DNA from: a virus
Virus record (IMG/VR): IMGVR_UViG_3300046779_001735
Coordinates: 92,621-156,620 of that record
Length of the DNA: 64,000 bases
Reading direction: 5' to 3' (one strand)
Shown here: piece by piece, positions 1 through 9,549 of the stretch
How the letters are laid out: each line of letters opens with the position of its first letter
Numbering within the stretch: position 1 is the stretch's first letter
The notes under the pieces: model-generated
What the model saw: the letters and a program-made list of their open reading frames with translations, nothing else
Told to the model about the DNA's origin: nothing
The model's database searches: none
Made by a program: the position numbers and the translations under genes

Positions 1-1
1 T

Positions 2-742
2 CTCAAGACTCTAGGCGAATGGTCTAGACCTATTTTCACACCAAGAACACAGGATCAAGTCATAGCGGCCTTGAGTGCTATCAATCTTGATAATCTGCAG
101 CAGGTGGTGTTCTGCGGTGGAGAGACGCTGCTAGGACAAGAGTACTGGGAGGTTGCAAAATGGTTGGCTCAACGAGTGCCCAATGCCAAGCAGCAGCTCA
201 CGCTGTGTTTTCAAACCAATGGCACACAGCCAATTCTTGAACACAATCATGCAGTGGTTGACAGTGTGCATTTGGTCAAACTACATGTGAGTATTGATGG
301 TACTGGCCAGCAGTTTGACTACCTACGTTGGCCTGCTACCTGGCGGGAGACAACTAATAATCTAGAAAATATTAGACAAACTGTGCCTAGTAATGTGATG
401 TTCTTGATAGAACAAACAGTAAGTGTGTTTAATGTGCTGAGTCTGAATCAGGTTGATCAATGGGCGCAGCGTGATTTTAGCATGAACCGTGAAGGTGATC
501 CTGTAGAAGTAACCAGACACCTGGCCAATGGAATTTTTGGACTGCACAATATTAGTCAGGAACTTCGAGATCAGTTATTAGATCATGGACTTGGCCATTT
601 TGTGCATCCTAATTGGCAGGAACGTAGCAGCGACATTCAACGTATGTGCTCAGAGATTCTAAGATTTGATTATCACAGACAACAAAGCGTGGCTCAGGCA
701 TTTCCTGAGATGTGGCAACATTATCAAAGATTCATTAGTTGA
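2..742 (+). CDS. Radical SAM domain protein (5' truncated by window edge)
   Basis: Frame open from base 2. Motifs FCGGETLL, FQTNGT and VSIDGTG..FDYLRWPATW are typical of phage radical SAM proteins; the CxxxCxxC motif lies upstream of the window. Confidence 0.75.
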   Translation, partial: LKTLGEWSRPIFTPRTQDQVIAALSAINLDNLQQVVFCGGETLLGQEYWEVAKWLAQRVPNAKQQLTLCFQTNGTQPILEHNHAVVDSVHLVKLHVSIDGTGQQFDYLRWPATWRETTNNLENIRQTVPSNVMFLIEQTVSVFNVLSLNQVDQWAQRDFSMNREGDPVEVTRHLANGIFGLHNISQELRDQLLDHGLGHFVHPNWQERSSDIQRMCSEILRFDYHRQQSVAQAFPEMWQHYQRFIS

Positions 743-2438
743 TTTCAAGATACTGTTGGATTGGCAGACTCTTGATATTGCCACGCTTGACCTGTAGAAA
801 TTGACTGCCATCTCTACTTTGTTTTTCGCCTTGTCCTACTATCACTGATCCTGCGTTGTACTTGATTGGATTGTCTATGATTAGATCAACGTATTCGCCC
901 TCATCCACGCCCAGTGTGATAAAGTGAATATATCGTTTACGATCTCTGCGAAACACACGAGAGTTGGCCACGATGCCTGCAAACTCAAACCGATCTAGAT
1001 ACACATTGCGCACCCCCATGTTGGGCAAGAAGCCAGGAGAGTTCCACGCACCGTGTTCAATAAAACTTTCCACAGGATCTTCTGTGACCCAGTTGCCAAA
1101 CCCCAGTTCACGTAGATCCCAGCCCGCACGTTTGGCTTCGTTGCGATAGACCCAGCGTGCATAGGAACCTTGGCAGTGCATGAGAGCTGCTCGCCAGAAC
1201 TCGCGAGGATTGTGGGCTTTCTGATAAGCCAAGGCCCAGATCAGCCTGCCAAGATTTACTGCATGAGCACGACACAGGCCAAAACCTGCAAGACTCTGCA
1301 TCTCCGCACGTATCTGTTCGCGTTCAGTATGATCACCCAAGCGTGCCATAAACTCCATGACCTTTTCTTCGTTGCGCTTGGCAAACGCACGTCGGTACAT
1401 GTCAGCTTCGTATGCGTTGACACCAATCAACTTCATGATTTTTTCTATGGCGTCATCTTCGCACACTATAGCAGACTCTTGTACAGACTTCTTGGTCCAG
1501 TCATGAAAGAACGATGCTTTTTTACGTCCTTCTACAGCCACAGGACGTACCAGAGCAGTGGCAAACACACAGTCGTCAACTGATGTGGGACGTATGGCAC
1601 GAAATAGTCTACGCATAGCAGGTGATTCGCCTTGGGTAACACCCAGCACATCTCCGCGCTGCAAAAGGTCAGCTGTGAGTTCATCGGTCTTGGGATACTC
1701 GTGTATCATGCGTGTGGAATCAATTTCCATGAGCTGACTGAGCCCACGATTGGCTAGGATATCTACCTTAAGGTGTTCAAGATCTTCTACTTCGTTTTTG
1801 TCCAGTAGTATAAGATTGTCGTCGCGGAACAAACTCTGTGGCAACTTGCGATCAAACACTATAACTCCTCCGCAGTGTTTACTCAAGCAGCGTTTCTTGC
1901 CCATGAGTTTCTTTTCAATGCGTTCAGCTTCTTCTACATCAATACCCAGTTTAGCATAATCAATGTCTTTTGGCAAACGTCCTTTGGCACCAAGTCGCTT
2001 GGCAGCTTCTCGTCGTGCTGACTTTTCCTTGTACATTACATAGTTTGATATGCGTGCGGTCTTGCCTGGCCAGGCATCAAATATACGCTGCATAGCTAGT
2101 TCTTGTTTGTGATGCGGAACGTCAACGTCTACATCAGGTAGATCGTCTCGAAAAGGATTTAAAAAACGTGCCAATGGTATGTGCCATTCTATGGGATCAA
2201 CGTCAGTTATACCCATGAGATAACAAACCAAACTGGATCCTGCGGATCCGCGAGTCATGTGCGGAATGTCTTTGTTGAGATCTAGTATTCTGCGTATTTT
2301 TAAAAAATATTCAGTGAATCTTTGATTGATTATTATACCAAATTCTTCTGTTAGTCGCTCTTGGTATTCTTCACCCTGGGGACAGGGCCTGCGAAATTGA
2401 TCTAATAGTGCCTGTATTTGTTCTAGTTCAGTTGCCAT
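735..2438 (-). CDS. dnaE: DNA polymerase III alpha-like (C-family) polymerase, short, lacking PHP domain
   Basis: RGSAGSSLVCYLMGITDVDP, RFLNPFRDDLPDVDVD, KHCGGVIV, KVDILANRGL, GLCRAHA motifs; only 567 aa. Confidence 0.9.
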   Translation of the reverse strand: MATELEQIQALLDQFRRPCPQGEEYQERLTEEFGIIINQRFTEYFLKIRRILDLNKDIPHMTRGSAGSSLVCYLMGITDVDPIEWHIPLARFLNPFRDDLPDVDVDVPHHKQELAMQRIFDAWPGKTARISNYVMYKEKSARREAAKRLGAKGRLPKDIDYAKLGIDVEEAERIEKKLMGKKRCLSKHCGGVIVFDRKLPQSLFRDDNLILLDKNEVEDLEHLKVDILANRGLSQLMEIDSTRMIHEYPKTDELTADLLQRGDVLGVTQGESPAMRRLFRAIRPTSVDDCVFATALVRPVAVEGRKKASFFHDWTKKSVQESAIVCEDDAIEKIMKLIGVNAYEADMYRRAFAKRNEEKVMEFMARLGDHTEREQIRAEMQSLAGFGLCRAHAVNLGRLIWALAYQKAHNPREFWRAALMHCQGSYARWVYRNEAKRAGWDLRELGFGNWVTEDPVESFIEHGAWNSPGFLPNMGVRNVYLDRFEFAGIVANSRVFRRDRKRYIHFITLGVDEGEYVDLIIDNPIKYNAGSVIVGQGEKQSRDGSQFLQVKRGNIKSLPIQQYLEIN

Positions 2439-2462
2439 ATGTGCCTTTGTTTGCCTGTGTGA

Positions 2463-2496
2463 TATTTAATTTGAAGTTGCCTAGGGCCATTAAATA
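2463..2496. promoter_or_regulatory. Divergent pair of late-type TAAATA promoters
   Basis: TATTTA 2463-2468 (minus strand, toward dnaE) and TAAATA 2491-2496 (8 nt before ATG 2505); resembles the T4 late TATAAATA. Confidence 0.65.
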
Positions 2497-2504
2497 TTGC
2501 CAGC

Positions 2505-3161
2505 ATGAAATCAACCCAATATCTTGTGGCCTGTGGTGACAGTTTTTTATATGGCAGTGATTTATCATCCCCGGATCAAACCTGGCCCTGTGTGGTAGCT
2601 CAACAACTAGAACTTGAATATCAATGTCGAGCTCGTCCTGGGGTAGGCAATGCCCAGATTCTACAACAGATTATTTCAGCTCAAGCTGAGTTTGGTCAAC
2701 AGGCCGTGTACATAATCAATTGGACCTGGATAGATCGTTTTGATTATGTGAATATTCAAGACAACACCTGGCATACTACAAGGCCAGTATTAGATGACCC
2801 CGAGCGAGATCCTGTGTATTATAGATATTTCCACAGTGAGCTCGCAGACAAATTCCATAATTTAGTGTATATTAACACTGCTATCAACACACTTAAACAT
2901 CATGACTCAATAATGACCTACATGGACTATCTATTGTTAGATCAACGCTGGCACGCACCTGATTACATACAGATTCTACAGCAACAGATTGGTCCCTGCT
3001 TGGAGAATTTCAACAAATTAAATTTTCTAGATTGGAGTCGCGAACAGCAATTTCCCATTAGTGATCGCTGGCATCCCTTGGAACACGCACATCAAGCGGC
3101 CGCTGCATGGTGGTATCCCCAAGTAAGCAGATTAATTCAAACCCAAAATTCCAATAAATAA
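2505..3161 (+). CDS. SGNH/GDSL-hydrolase-like protein
   Basis: ACGDSFLYG, GVGN, and C-terminal HPLEHAHQ motifs. Confidence 0.6.
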   Translation: MKSTQYLVACGDSFLYGSDLSSPDQTWPCVVAQQLELEYQCRARPGVGNAQILQQIISAQAEFGQQAVYIINWTWIDRFDYVNIQDNTWHTTRPVLDDPERDPVYYRYFHSELADKFHNLVYINTAINTLKHHDSIMTYMDYLLLDQRWHAPDYIQILQQQIGPCLENFNKLNFLDWSREQQFPISDRWHPLEHAHQAAAAWWYPQVSRLIQTQNSNK

Positions 3162-3180
3162 AGCATCAGGACGCAGAAAA

Positions 3181-3429
3181 ATGCAAAAAAAGACACGTAG
3201 CATCCTTGAAGAACTAGAATCAATGTACACTGAGCGCGATCAGCGCCATGTGGTTGAAAGTCGCGCCAACAATATCATTGCATCGGCTATTAGACTCATG
3301 GAACAAATTGATGAGAGTTTTCCTGGCGAGCAAGCAGAAAATCTGCAGCGCAAGTTTTTAAATGCAATAAAATTCCGCGACCCTACAAAATTCACAAGAA
3401 CTGTTAGAAAAACTGATGAAACTATTTGA
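3181..3429 (+). CDS. Hypothetical late phage protein
   Basis: TAAATA at 3156-3161 and AGGA upstream; overlaps the next gene. Confidence 0.6.
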   Translation: MQKKTRSILEELESMYTERDQRHVVESRANNIIASAIRLMEQIDESFPGEQAENLQRKFLNAIKFRDPTKFTRTVRKTDETI

Positions 3430-4096
3430 AATTACTCAGACTGTAAACGAAGTTAATTGGGGAGCAATACCTGGAGCTCTGGGTGGCATAGCCAAACAGG
3501 CCATGGGAATAGAACCCGCTCCTGCGCTACCCGGGCAAGAACGTAGAGCAGCAAAGCAACTTGCCGCTCCTTTGACCAAGCAACAAGCAGACAGCATGAA
3601 AAAAACCTGGGCCGCAGCGGTTCAAGCTGAAATGGCTGCTCGCAATGTAAACGATATTCGCCTATTACCGGCTAATCGATTGCGTCAAATAATGACCAGT
3701 TATATTGAAAATAGATTGTTTGATGGACGCATGCGAATTGCCGATCTCAATTCTCCGTTTCCCACTAGGATAAATCAAGTAACCCAAAGTATTATCAACA
3801 ACAGTGCAGATCTAAGCGATCCTTCACTGGATCAAAGTTTTCAAGAACTGGCCAAATATATTCAAAATGCCATGGCCAGTGACGTTTTCACACGTGGCAG
3901 GCGTGGTGTGGCAGGCGCACCGGCAGCAGGTGGTGTCGCAGGTGCCAGTGACCCTGAAATACAACAAATACAACAACAATTTGCCCGAGAGATTCAAACA
4001 ATGCAGTCCTTGGGACGTAGGTATAATCAACCTATACGACCCACACAGAACAAATTGATCAATGCCATTGCTGGCGGACTTGGATTGTTACCATGA
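3416..4096 (+). CDS. Probable internal head protein (MKLFE start)
   Basis: N-terminal L-x-E prohead-protease-type site; Ala/Gln rich. Confidence 0.5.
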   Translation: MKLFEITQTVNEVNWGAIPGALGGIAKQAMGIEPAPALPGQERRAAKQLAAPLTKQQADSMKKTWAAAVQAEMAARNVNDIRLLPANRLRQIMTSYIENRLFDGRMRIADLNSPFPTRINQVTQSIINNSADLSDPSLDQSFQELAKYIQNAMASDVFTRGRRGVAGAPAAGGVAGASDPEIQQIQQQFAREIQTMQSLGRRYNQPIRPTQNKLINAIAGGLGLLP

Positions 4097-5970
4097 CCTA
4101 TCATGTGATCACAGAAGGCGGTAATGTTTTCAAGGATGGCGATGGTAATCCATTGACACAGCGTATCAATCAAACAGATGTTAAAACCACTATAGCCTGG
4201 CTGGAGCAACTGCTGCCTGGGCTTGATCTACAGAACAACACACTGGGTACCACAGGACTCAAGCCCACGTCAGGTGATCTTGATCTTGCGATTGACGCTG
4301 CACAGATCACAAAAGATCAACTGGCCACTGCGTTGTCAAACTGGGCCACAGGTCATAAACAAGATCCCAAGAGCTGGGTCAAGAAGTCAGGTATTAGTGT
4401 GCATTTCAGAACACCTATCAATGGCAAGCCTGCACTGGGTTTTGTGCAAACAGACTTCATGTTTGTTAACAATCTAGACTGGGCCAAGTTTATGCTAGCA
4501 GGGTCTCCACCGGATAGTCAATACAAAGGTGCAGACCGTAACATACTCATGAACAGCATTGCTAAGAGCATGGGCTACAAAGTAAATCAAAATGTGGGCA
4601 TAGTAGATCGTGCCACGAACGATCTGATATCCAATGACCCAGACAAAATAGCCAAGCTCCTATTGAATCCCAGAGCCACTCGTGACAATCTGGTAAGTGT
4701 AGAAAGTATTGTGTCTGCCCTGGAAAAAGATCCTAAACGTGATGCTAAACTAGCAGATGCCCGTGAACACTTTGCTAGAGAAGGTGTGCCGTTTTTTGAA
4801 GATCGCTCCGAAGAAACCGAAGTCTACTTCTTGGCCAGACTGCGTGACCGTATTGTTAACCAAGGATATTCTCCCTTGATAGAACAGCGTGTGCTTACCG
4901 AAGCAGAAGCACGCATACCTCACATCGAAGACATGGTGTTTGATGCAGGCACCAAAGGAGCACAACAGGCTCTACAGATCATTCTAGCCGGTGCACAAGA
5001 CACCGCAGGCACTACCACAGTTAAATGGGATGGCAAGCCTGCTATTATCTGGGGTCGTAAACCCACTGGTGAGTTTGTGCTTACAGACAAATCCGGATTT
5101 GGTGCCAAGGGATATGATGGCAAGGCCACGAGTCCTGCAATGTTGGCTGATATCATGCGCCAACGCAGTGGCGACCGTGAAGAACTAATTGCCATGTATC
5201 AGCAGCTATGGCCTGCATTGGAACAGGCCACACCTCAAAGCCTACGTGGCTATCTGCAGGGCGATTTGTTGTATACTCAGACACCGCCTGAAGTAGCAGG
5301 TGCCTATGAGTTTACACCTAACACAGTGCAGTATCGTATTCCTGTAAACAGCGCACTGGGTCAACAGATTGCTCGCAGCGACATAGGCATCGCTGTGCAT
5401 ACGCAGTATGCAGATGCCACTGCTGCACCTCAAGCTATTAAAGAACTGCCTGCTAGAAACGTACAGGGTCTACTGCTAATCCCGCCCACGGTGAAAGACA
5501 TTCAAAGCGTAAAGCCTAGTGCTAAGATGATCAAGGAAATTCGCAGTGTGTTGAGCGCACATGGCAAAAAAATAGATCAGCTGTTCCGTCCAGATCTACT
5601 GCGTGCTTCAAGAATCACAGACCTGCCTGAGCTGTGCAAACGTTATATCAACTCTAGAATTTTCACAGATTTTGACAATCTATTACAGGGATTTGGGCCA
5701 TGGCTAGAAAACGCAGTCACGCCCAGCAAGTACCGTAATATCATAGAATACCTGCAGAGTCCCAAAGATAATACCGCTGGGCTGAGCGCAGCATTTGTGA
5801 TATTTTCGCTGCTGCATGAACTCAAAATGGATGTGCTGCAACAGCTGGATCGTCAACAGCCCGGACAAGAAGGTTGGGTTATGGCAACAGATGCAGGCCG
5901 TGCAAAGCTTGTTAATCGCTTTGCTTTCAGCGCGGCTAATAGACTTAAAAACAATCCAGAACTTGCCTAG
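4093..5970 (+). CDS. Two-domain protein: pol-beta-type nucleotidyltransferase plus ligase-like (KxDG) domain; probable internal virion protein
   Basis: GTTGLKPTSGDLDLAID and VQTDF (NTase); TVKWDG, QGDLLY, QEGWVM, AKLVNR (ligase motif I/III/IV/V-like); ITE, LIE and LTE sites. Confidence 0.55.
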   Translation: MTYHVITEGGNVFKDGDGNPLTQRINQTDVKTTIAWLEQLLPGLDLQNNTLGTTGLKPTSGDLDLAIDAAQITKDQLATALSNWATGHKQDPKSWVKKSGISVHFRTPINGKPALGFVQTDFMFVNNLDWAKFMLAGSPPDSQYKGADRNILMNSIAKSMGYKVNQNVGIVDRATNDLISNDPDKIAKLLLNPRATRDNLVSVESIVSALEKDPKRDAKLADAREHFAREGVPFFEDRSEETEVYFLARLRDRIVNQGYSPLIEQRVLTEAEARIPHIEDMVFDAGTKGAQQALQIILAGAQDTAGTTTVKWDGKPAIIWGRKPTGEFVLTDKSGFGAKGYDGKATSPAMLADIMRQRSGDREELIAMYQQLWPALEQATPQSLRGYLQGDLLYTQTPPEVAGAYEFTPNTVQYRIPVNSALGQQIARSDIGIAVHTQYADATAAPQAIKELPARNVQGLLLIPPTVKDIQSVKPSAKMIKEIRSVLSAHGKKIDQLFRPDLLRASRITDLPELCKRYINSRIFTDFDNLLQGFGPWLENAVTPSKYRNIIEYLQSPKDNTAGLSAAFVIFSLLHELKMDVLQQLDRQQPGQEGWVMATDAGRAKLVNRFAFSAANRLKNNPELA

Positions 5971-6041
5971 CACAACAGGTTTTTTTCAAATTGGCTAAAT
6001 AAAAGTAGGACCAATGAGTCCACATATCAAGGAGATTAGAA

Positions 6042-6500
6042 ATGCCTACATTATTCCGTCCCAATGGTGACGCACAATCAGTATTTGCGCTTGACGTCGC
6101 AAATGGCCACCCAACTGGTAACATCGGTTCAACCGACGCACTGGTGCAGATGCAAGGTCCTAAACTGGACTTTTTCGCAGTGATCATTGAAAATGGTTCA
6201 AACCAAGCAATTGACCTGCGTAACGAGTGCGGTAACGTAACCGATCCTGGTGTAGTTCAAACTATCAACCAGACTATTCAGGAAAAAGCAACCATTGCTA
6301 TCTATCAGGTAGAAGGTGCTTCCACTGGTCAGATCAGCTATGCACTGTATCCTACTGGTGCATGGACAACTGCAACTCTAGACACAGCTATTACTGGTCT
6401 AGGCAACGTGCAAATCACCAACAACAGCGGTCAAGTTCGCGGTGTAAACGTTAGTGGTTCACAGACAACCAACGTTGGCTTCAAACTAGCTACATCGTAA
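6042..6500 (+). CDS. Probable abundant virion structural protein
   Basis: TAAATA 5996-6001, strong AAGGAG RBS, Gly/Thr/Asn-rich sequence, followed by two hairpins. Confidence 0.55.
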   Translation: MPTLFRPNGDAQSVFALDVANGHPTGNIGSTDALVQMQGPKLDFFAVIIENGSNQAIDLRNECGNVTDPGVVQTINQTIQEKATIAIYQVEGASTGQISYALYPTGAWTTATLDTAITGLGNVQITNNSGQVRGVNVSGSQTTNVGFKLATS

Positions 6501-6547
6501 TCTATTACGATGTATCACAACCCGGCAAAAATTGCCGGGTTTTTTGT
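6491..6547 (+). terminator. Stop-codon hairpin plus rho-independent terminator
   Basis: TACATCGTAA-tcta-TTACGATGTA (6491-6514), then AACCCGGCAA-aaa-TTGCCGGGTT plus T tract. Confidence 0.85.
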
Positions 6548-6563
6548 TGCCTGTAAATACTAG

Positions 6564-7199
6564 ATGCAACCTATTCAAGCCTGGACAGTGCCTATGTTTT
6601 TGTTTAACTGGGACCGTCACTCAGAATTTCAAGATCAATTAACACAAGTTTGTTATCAACATCAAGCACGATCCAGCACCAGTGGTGTGGCTACCACGGT
6701 CAAGGCCGGACTGTATGAAAGTGACTTTGACTTCTTACAGGATCCTGATTCCTCTGTGCAAACATTTTTAGAATGGGCTCGAAGCAGTGTATTTCAAGCT
6801 GCGAAAACTGTCAATCAAGAACGCTGGGCAGCAGGAACTCGCATAGGAATTGACATACATGAATCATGGTGCCATATTACCCAACAGGGTGGTTACCATG
6901 ACATGCATATTCATCCTAACAGTTCGTGGAGCGCAATTTATTATGTTAGCATTGGTGAAAGTGATGCGATCAAACGCAGTGGAGTTAATAGATTTTATTC
7001 ACCATGGAACGTGTCGTACACTGACATAGGCAGCCGCTATGTGAGTGAAACTTCTAGCATAGATATCCCACCCAGTGACGGCAGCATGGTAGTGTTTCCC
7101 AGTTGGCTGAGTCATGCTGCTACGCCTTATCAAGGAAACACTCCCAGAGTGATCATAGCTTTTAATTGTCGTTTTGTGGATGGCGGTGTAAATGTCTAA
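6564..7199 (+). CDS. 2OG-Fe(II) oxygenase (TIGR02466-like)
   Basis: SWCHI..GGYHDMHIHPNSSWSAIYY and VVFPSWLSH..TPY..RVIIAFN. Confidence 0.85.
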   Translation: MQPIQAWTVPMFLFNWDRHSEFQDQLTQVCYQHQARSSTSGVATTVKAGLYESDFDFLQDPDSSVQTFLEWARSSVFQAAKTVNQERWAAGTRIGIDIHESWCHITQQGGYHDMHIHPNSSWSAIYYVSIGESDAIKRSGVNRFYSPWNVSYTDIGSRYVSETSSIDIPPSDGSMVVFPSWLSHAATPYQGNTPRVIIAFNCRFVDGGVNV

Positions 7200-7425
7200 A
7201 CCTAATTATATTTTTGAAAGTCCAGATGGTGGTAAAACCATATATCGCCGTACCAGTGGAAATCCACATAGAGAACTTCATTATGAATCAAATGAGATAG
7301 TTACTCTGCGCGACGAAGTCAAAGAAACACAGTTGTGGCATGATATTCGTCAAGCAGCTTGTAATGATCCTGTACTGGGTGAAATGCTAGATAAAATCAA
7401 AATGTATTGGTTCTTACAAAAGTGA
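7192..7425 (+). CDS. Hypothetical protein (YIFESPDGGKTIYRR)
   Basis: ORF in operon; N-terminal motif is familiar from T4-like phages. Confidence 0.6.
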   Translation: MSKPNYIFESPDGGKTIYRRTSGNPHRELHYESNEIVTLRDEVKETQLWHDIRQAACNDPVLGEMLDKIKMYWFLQK

Positions 7426-7826
7426 AAATTCTAATTAGCACATTATTTGACTGCACCACCACAGGAGTAGTAGGGCGATATCGGGAAGAACGTGGGCGCT
7501 TTCAAGACAATGCAGGCCAATGGATTGAAAGCCAGGAACATTGGGAGCGAGCACGCAATCAACAACGCAATTATGAGACCCTGGTGCAGGTTCTGAGTCT
7601 GCGTACTCAATTAGATAACGTCACTGTTGCTCGGCATGACAACAACACCTGGAGTTTCAGTGTAGTCACCGATCGTGAAGGTGTGTTTGGGCCTGATTTT
7701 GCTGCTCTGCTAGATGATTGTGATAATGTGCCCATGATTCCAGGCCTGCTGGCTCAGGGCAAATTACCTGCTTGTTTACAAGGCACCGGTGAAAACCCGA
7801 ATGTTTGGTTTCAGCAGATAGACTAA
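7422..7826 (+). CDS. Hypothetical phage protein
   Basis: GTG start overlaps the upstream stop (GTGA). Confidence 0.6.
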   Translation: MKILISTLFDCTTTGVVGRYREERGRFQDNAGQWIESQEHWERARNQQRNYETLVQVLSLRTQLDNVTVARHDNNTWSFSVVTDREGVFGPDFAALLDDCDNVPMIPGLLAQGKLPACLQGTGENPNVWFQQID

Positions 7827-7836
7827 ATATTCTACT

Positions 7837-8100
7837 ATGAGCGATACCTCCGATATTGAAAAAAAGAGTCTTGAAGCACACGTTGAGCTGTGTGCGCAAC
7901 GCTACAGATTTCTTGAATCTCGTCTTGAAGACGTAGACAGCAAAATTGGATCTCTTGACTCATTGGTAAGAGAAGTGCACGACATGGTACAAAAAATGGC
8001 AGAAAAGCGCAACGATCAACTGGTAAAGTGGGGTATAGGTATTATCTCAATGTTAACTGGTTTAGTAGGCTGGTTGGTTTCTCGTGTTTTCCTGCAATGA
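7837..8100 (+). CDS. Coiled-coil protein with C-terminal transmembrane helix (XhlA/holin-like)
   Basis: Heptad region followed by WGIGIISMLTGLVGWLV; TAAATA at 7824-7829. Confidence 0.5.
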   Translation: MSDTSDIEKKSLEAHVELCAQRYRFLESRLEDVDSKIGSLDSLVREVHDMVQKMAEKRNDQLVKWGIGIISMLTGLVGWLVSRVFLQ

Positions 8101-8591
8101 CGCTAGAGCAAAAATTATTTGATATAGCTCAAAAAGAACTGACCCGTATTCAGTCTAATATTATCATGAAGTTCGCCCAAGGTTATAAAGCCTTTGGCAC
8201 ATTTGATATACAGCAACAAGACAATTTATTTTCAGTGTATCGTCAAGGTAATCACTGCGGTGATTTTTCCAGTGCAAAAGTGGCCCTGAGTTACTGCATT
8301 GCTGAAAAATCTCATCAATTTAATCTTGGAATAAAAATTCAGCAGCTAGACCAGCATGTAGCCAGTGCTCGTCAAAGCGTGATCAGCAGAAAAAACATGC
8401 TTGAGCGATTCCGAGATAAACCTGCAAAAGAAATAATATATACCAAAATTCAACACCGCAGACAACAACAACACGAACTTGAAAATCAACTTGAAGATTG
8501 TGTAAAACAGGCTAAATATTTGTATCTAAGAGGATTGAACAATGAAACTCAACGAATTAGCAGCGCAGCGCCCGCTAGATCAAGTCGCTAA
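8097..8591 (+). CDS. Hypothetical protein
   Basis: ATGA overlap start at 8097. Confidence 0.55.
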   Translation: MTLEQKLFDIAQKELTRIQSNIIMKFAQGYKAFGTFDIQQQDNLFSVYRQGNHCGDFSSAKVALSYCIAEKSHQFNLGIKIQQLDQHVASARQSVISRKNMLERFRDKPAKEIIYTKIQHRRQQQHELENQLEDCVKQAKYLYLRGLNNETQRISSAAPARSSR

Positions 8592-9219
8592 AGTATTTGA
8601 AAATTATTCCGGCACTGCTGCTAGATTTGACTCCCTAAATCGTGCACAGACTCGCCATATGCTGGCACGTGTGCGCACTGTGATCAACGAAACACGTCAT
8701 AGTCCAAAACTGCATCAAAGCGAACGAGATCCTGGCTATCTCAAGCTTATGATGATAGAGCAAGGCCTAAATCTGCGCTTACAAGAGCTACAAGAAAGCG
8801 AAGTACAACAAGCACAGGTTGTATTGGCAGCGCAGGATCTCGTGGACAGTGTGCAGAGTATGCTGGAAGATGTCAGTGAAATGCAGTTCAAAGAACTTCC
8901 TGCTCTAGTAGACAGCATTCGTAATCAAGTAGGCACAGCACAAGCAGATCAATTCAACACTGATGCCACTGCGGCTCTACAGGGCATGCTACAAAATCTA
9001 CAGGGCGGCAAGCAGCAACTAGAAACCGCGCTGGCAGTTGTAACTGGCCAGGGTCCTGCTATGCCCGCGATACCCGGTGCAGACATGAGCGCTGCTCCAA
9101 TGCCTGGTGCCGAACCTGGAGCTGACAACGTGATTGGCGTGGATGCTGAGGCCGATCTTGACCTTGACGTTGATGACGACAGCGGCCCTGAACAAACACT
9201 GGGTCGTGCGAGACGCTGA
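8542..9219 (+). CDS. Probable prohead core/scaffold-like protein
   Basis: TAAATA 8513, GAGGA RBS, MKLNE start, LQE sites, acidic tail ending EQTLGRARR. Confidence 0.5.
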   Translation: MKLNELAAQRPLDQVAKVFENYSGTAARFDSLNRAQTRHMLARVRTVINETRHSPKLHQSERDPGYLKLMMIEQGLNLRLQELQESEVQQAQVVLAAQDLVDSVQSMLEDVSEMQFKELPALVDSIRNQVGTAQADQFNTDATAALQGMLQNLQGGKQQLETALAVVTGQGPAMPAIPGADMSAAPMPGAEPGADNVIGVDAEADLDLDVDDDSGPEQTLGRARR

Positions 9220-9549
9220 TGCTGATACAAGAAGTTGAAGGTATGGATAATGGAAAACTGGCAGCATTGGCCAGTTTTCTTATGAATCGTGCCAAGGATG
9301 CAAATGTTGATAAAACCTTTCCTCTTGATAGCTTCGTTAAATTAGGGTGTGGCCGTTGATCCAGAATCTGTGCGTGATCTCAGTCAACGCCCTCCACTGA
9401 ACAACTTGATTTCTAATGTCACTGACAGTGAAGTTGTTTTCAAAGGAGCAGACGTTGCTCAAGCAGGTGTTCCACCCATGGGTGTAGATCAAGCACAGGC
9501 CACAGTAGATCGCATGGCCAAACGTGCAGCATCAAAAAAAGGCCTTTAG
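9219..9549 (+). pseudogene. Split (+1 frameshifted) head-associated protein gene
   Basis: ORF 9219-9359 (MLIQEVEG...FVKLG) is coupled to the upstream stop and continues in the +1 frame from about 9346 (GVAVDPESV...AASKKGL). Confidence 0.5.

Noticed and set aside
2440-2485. AGGCA repeats in the leaders of dnaE, ligase and the ParB-like gene as a translational operator
   Set aside because: A 5-mer with too few instances to distinguish from chance without a genome-wide count.
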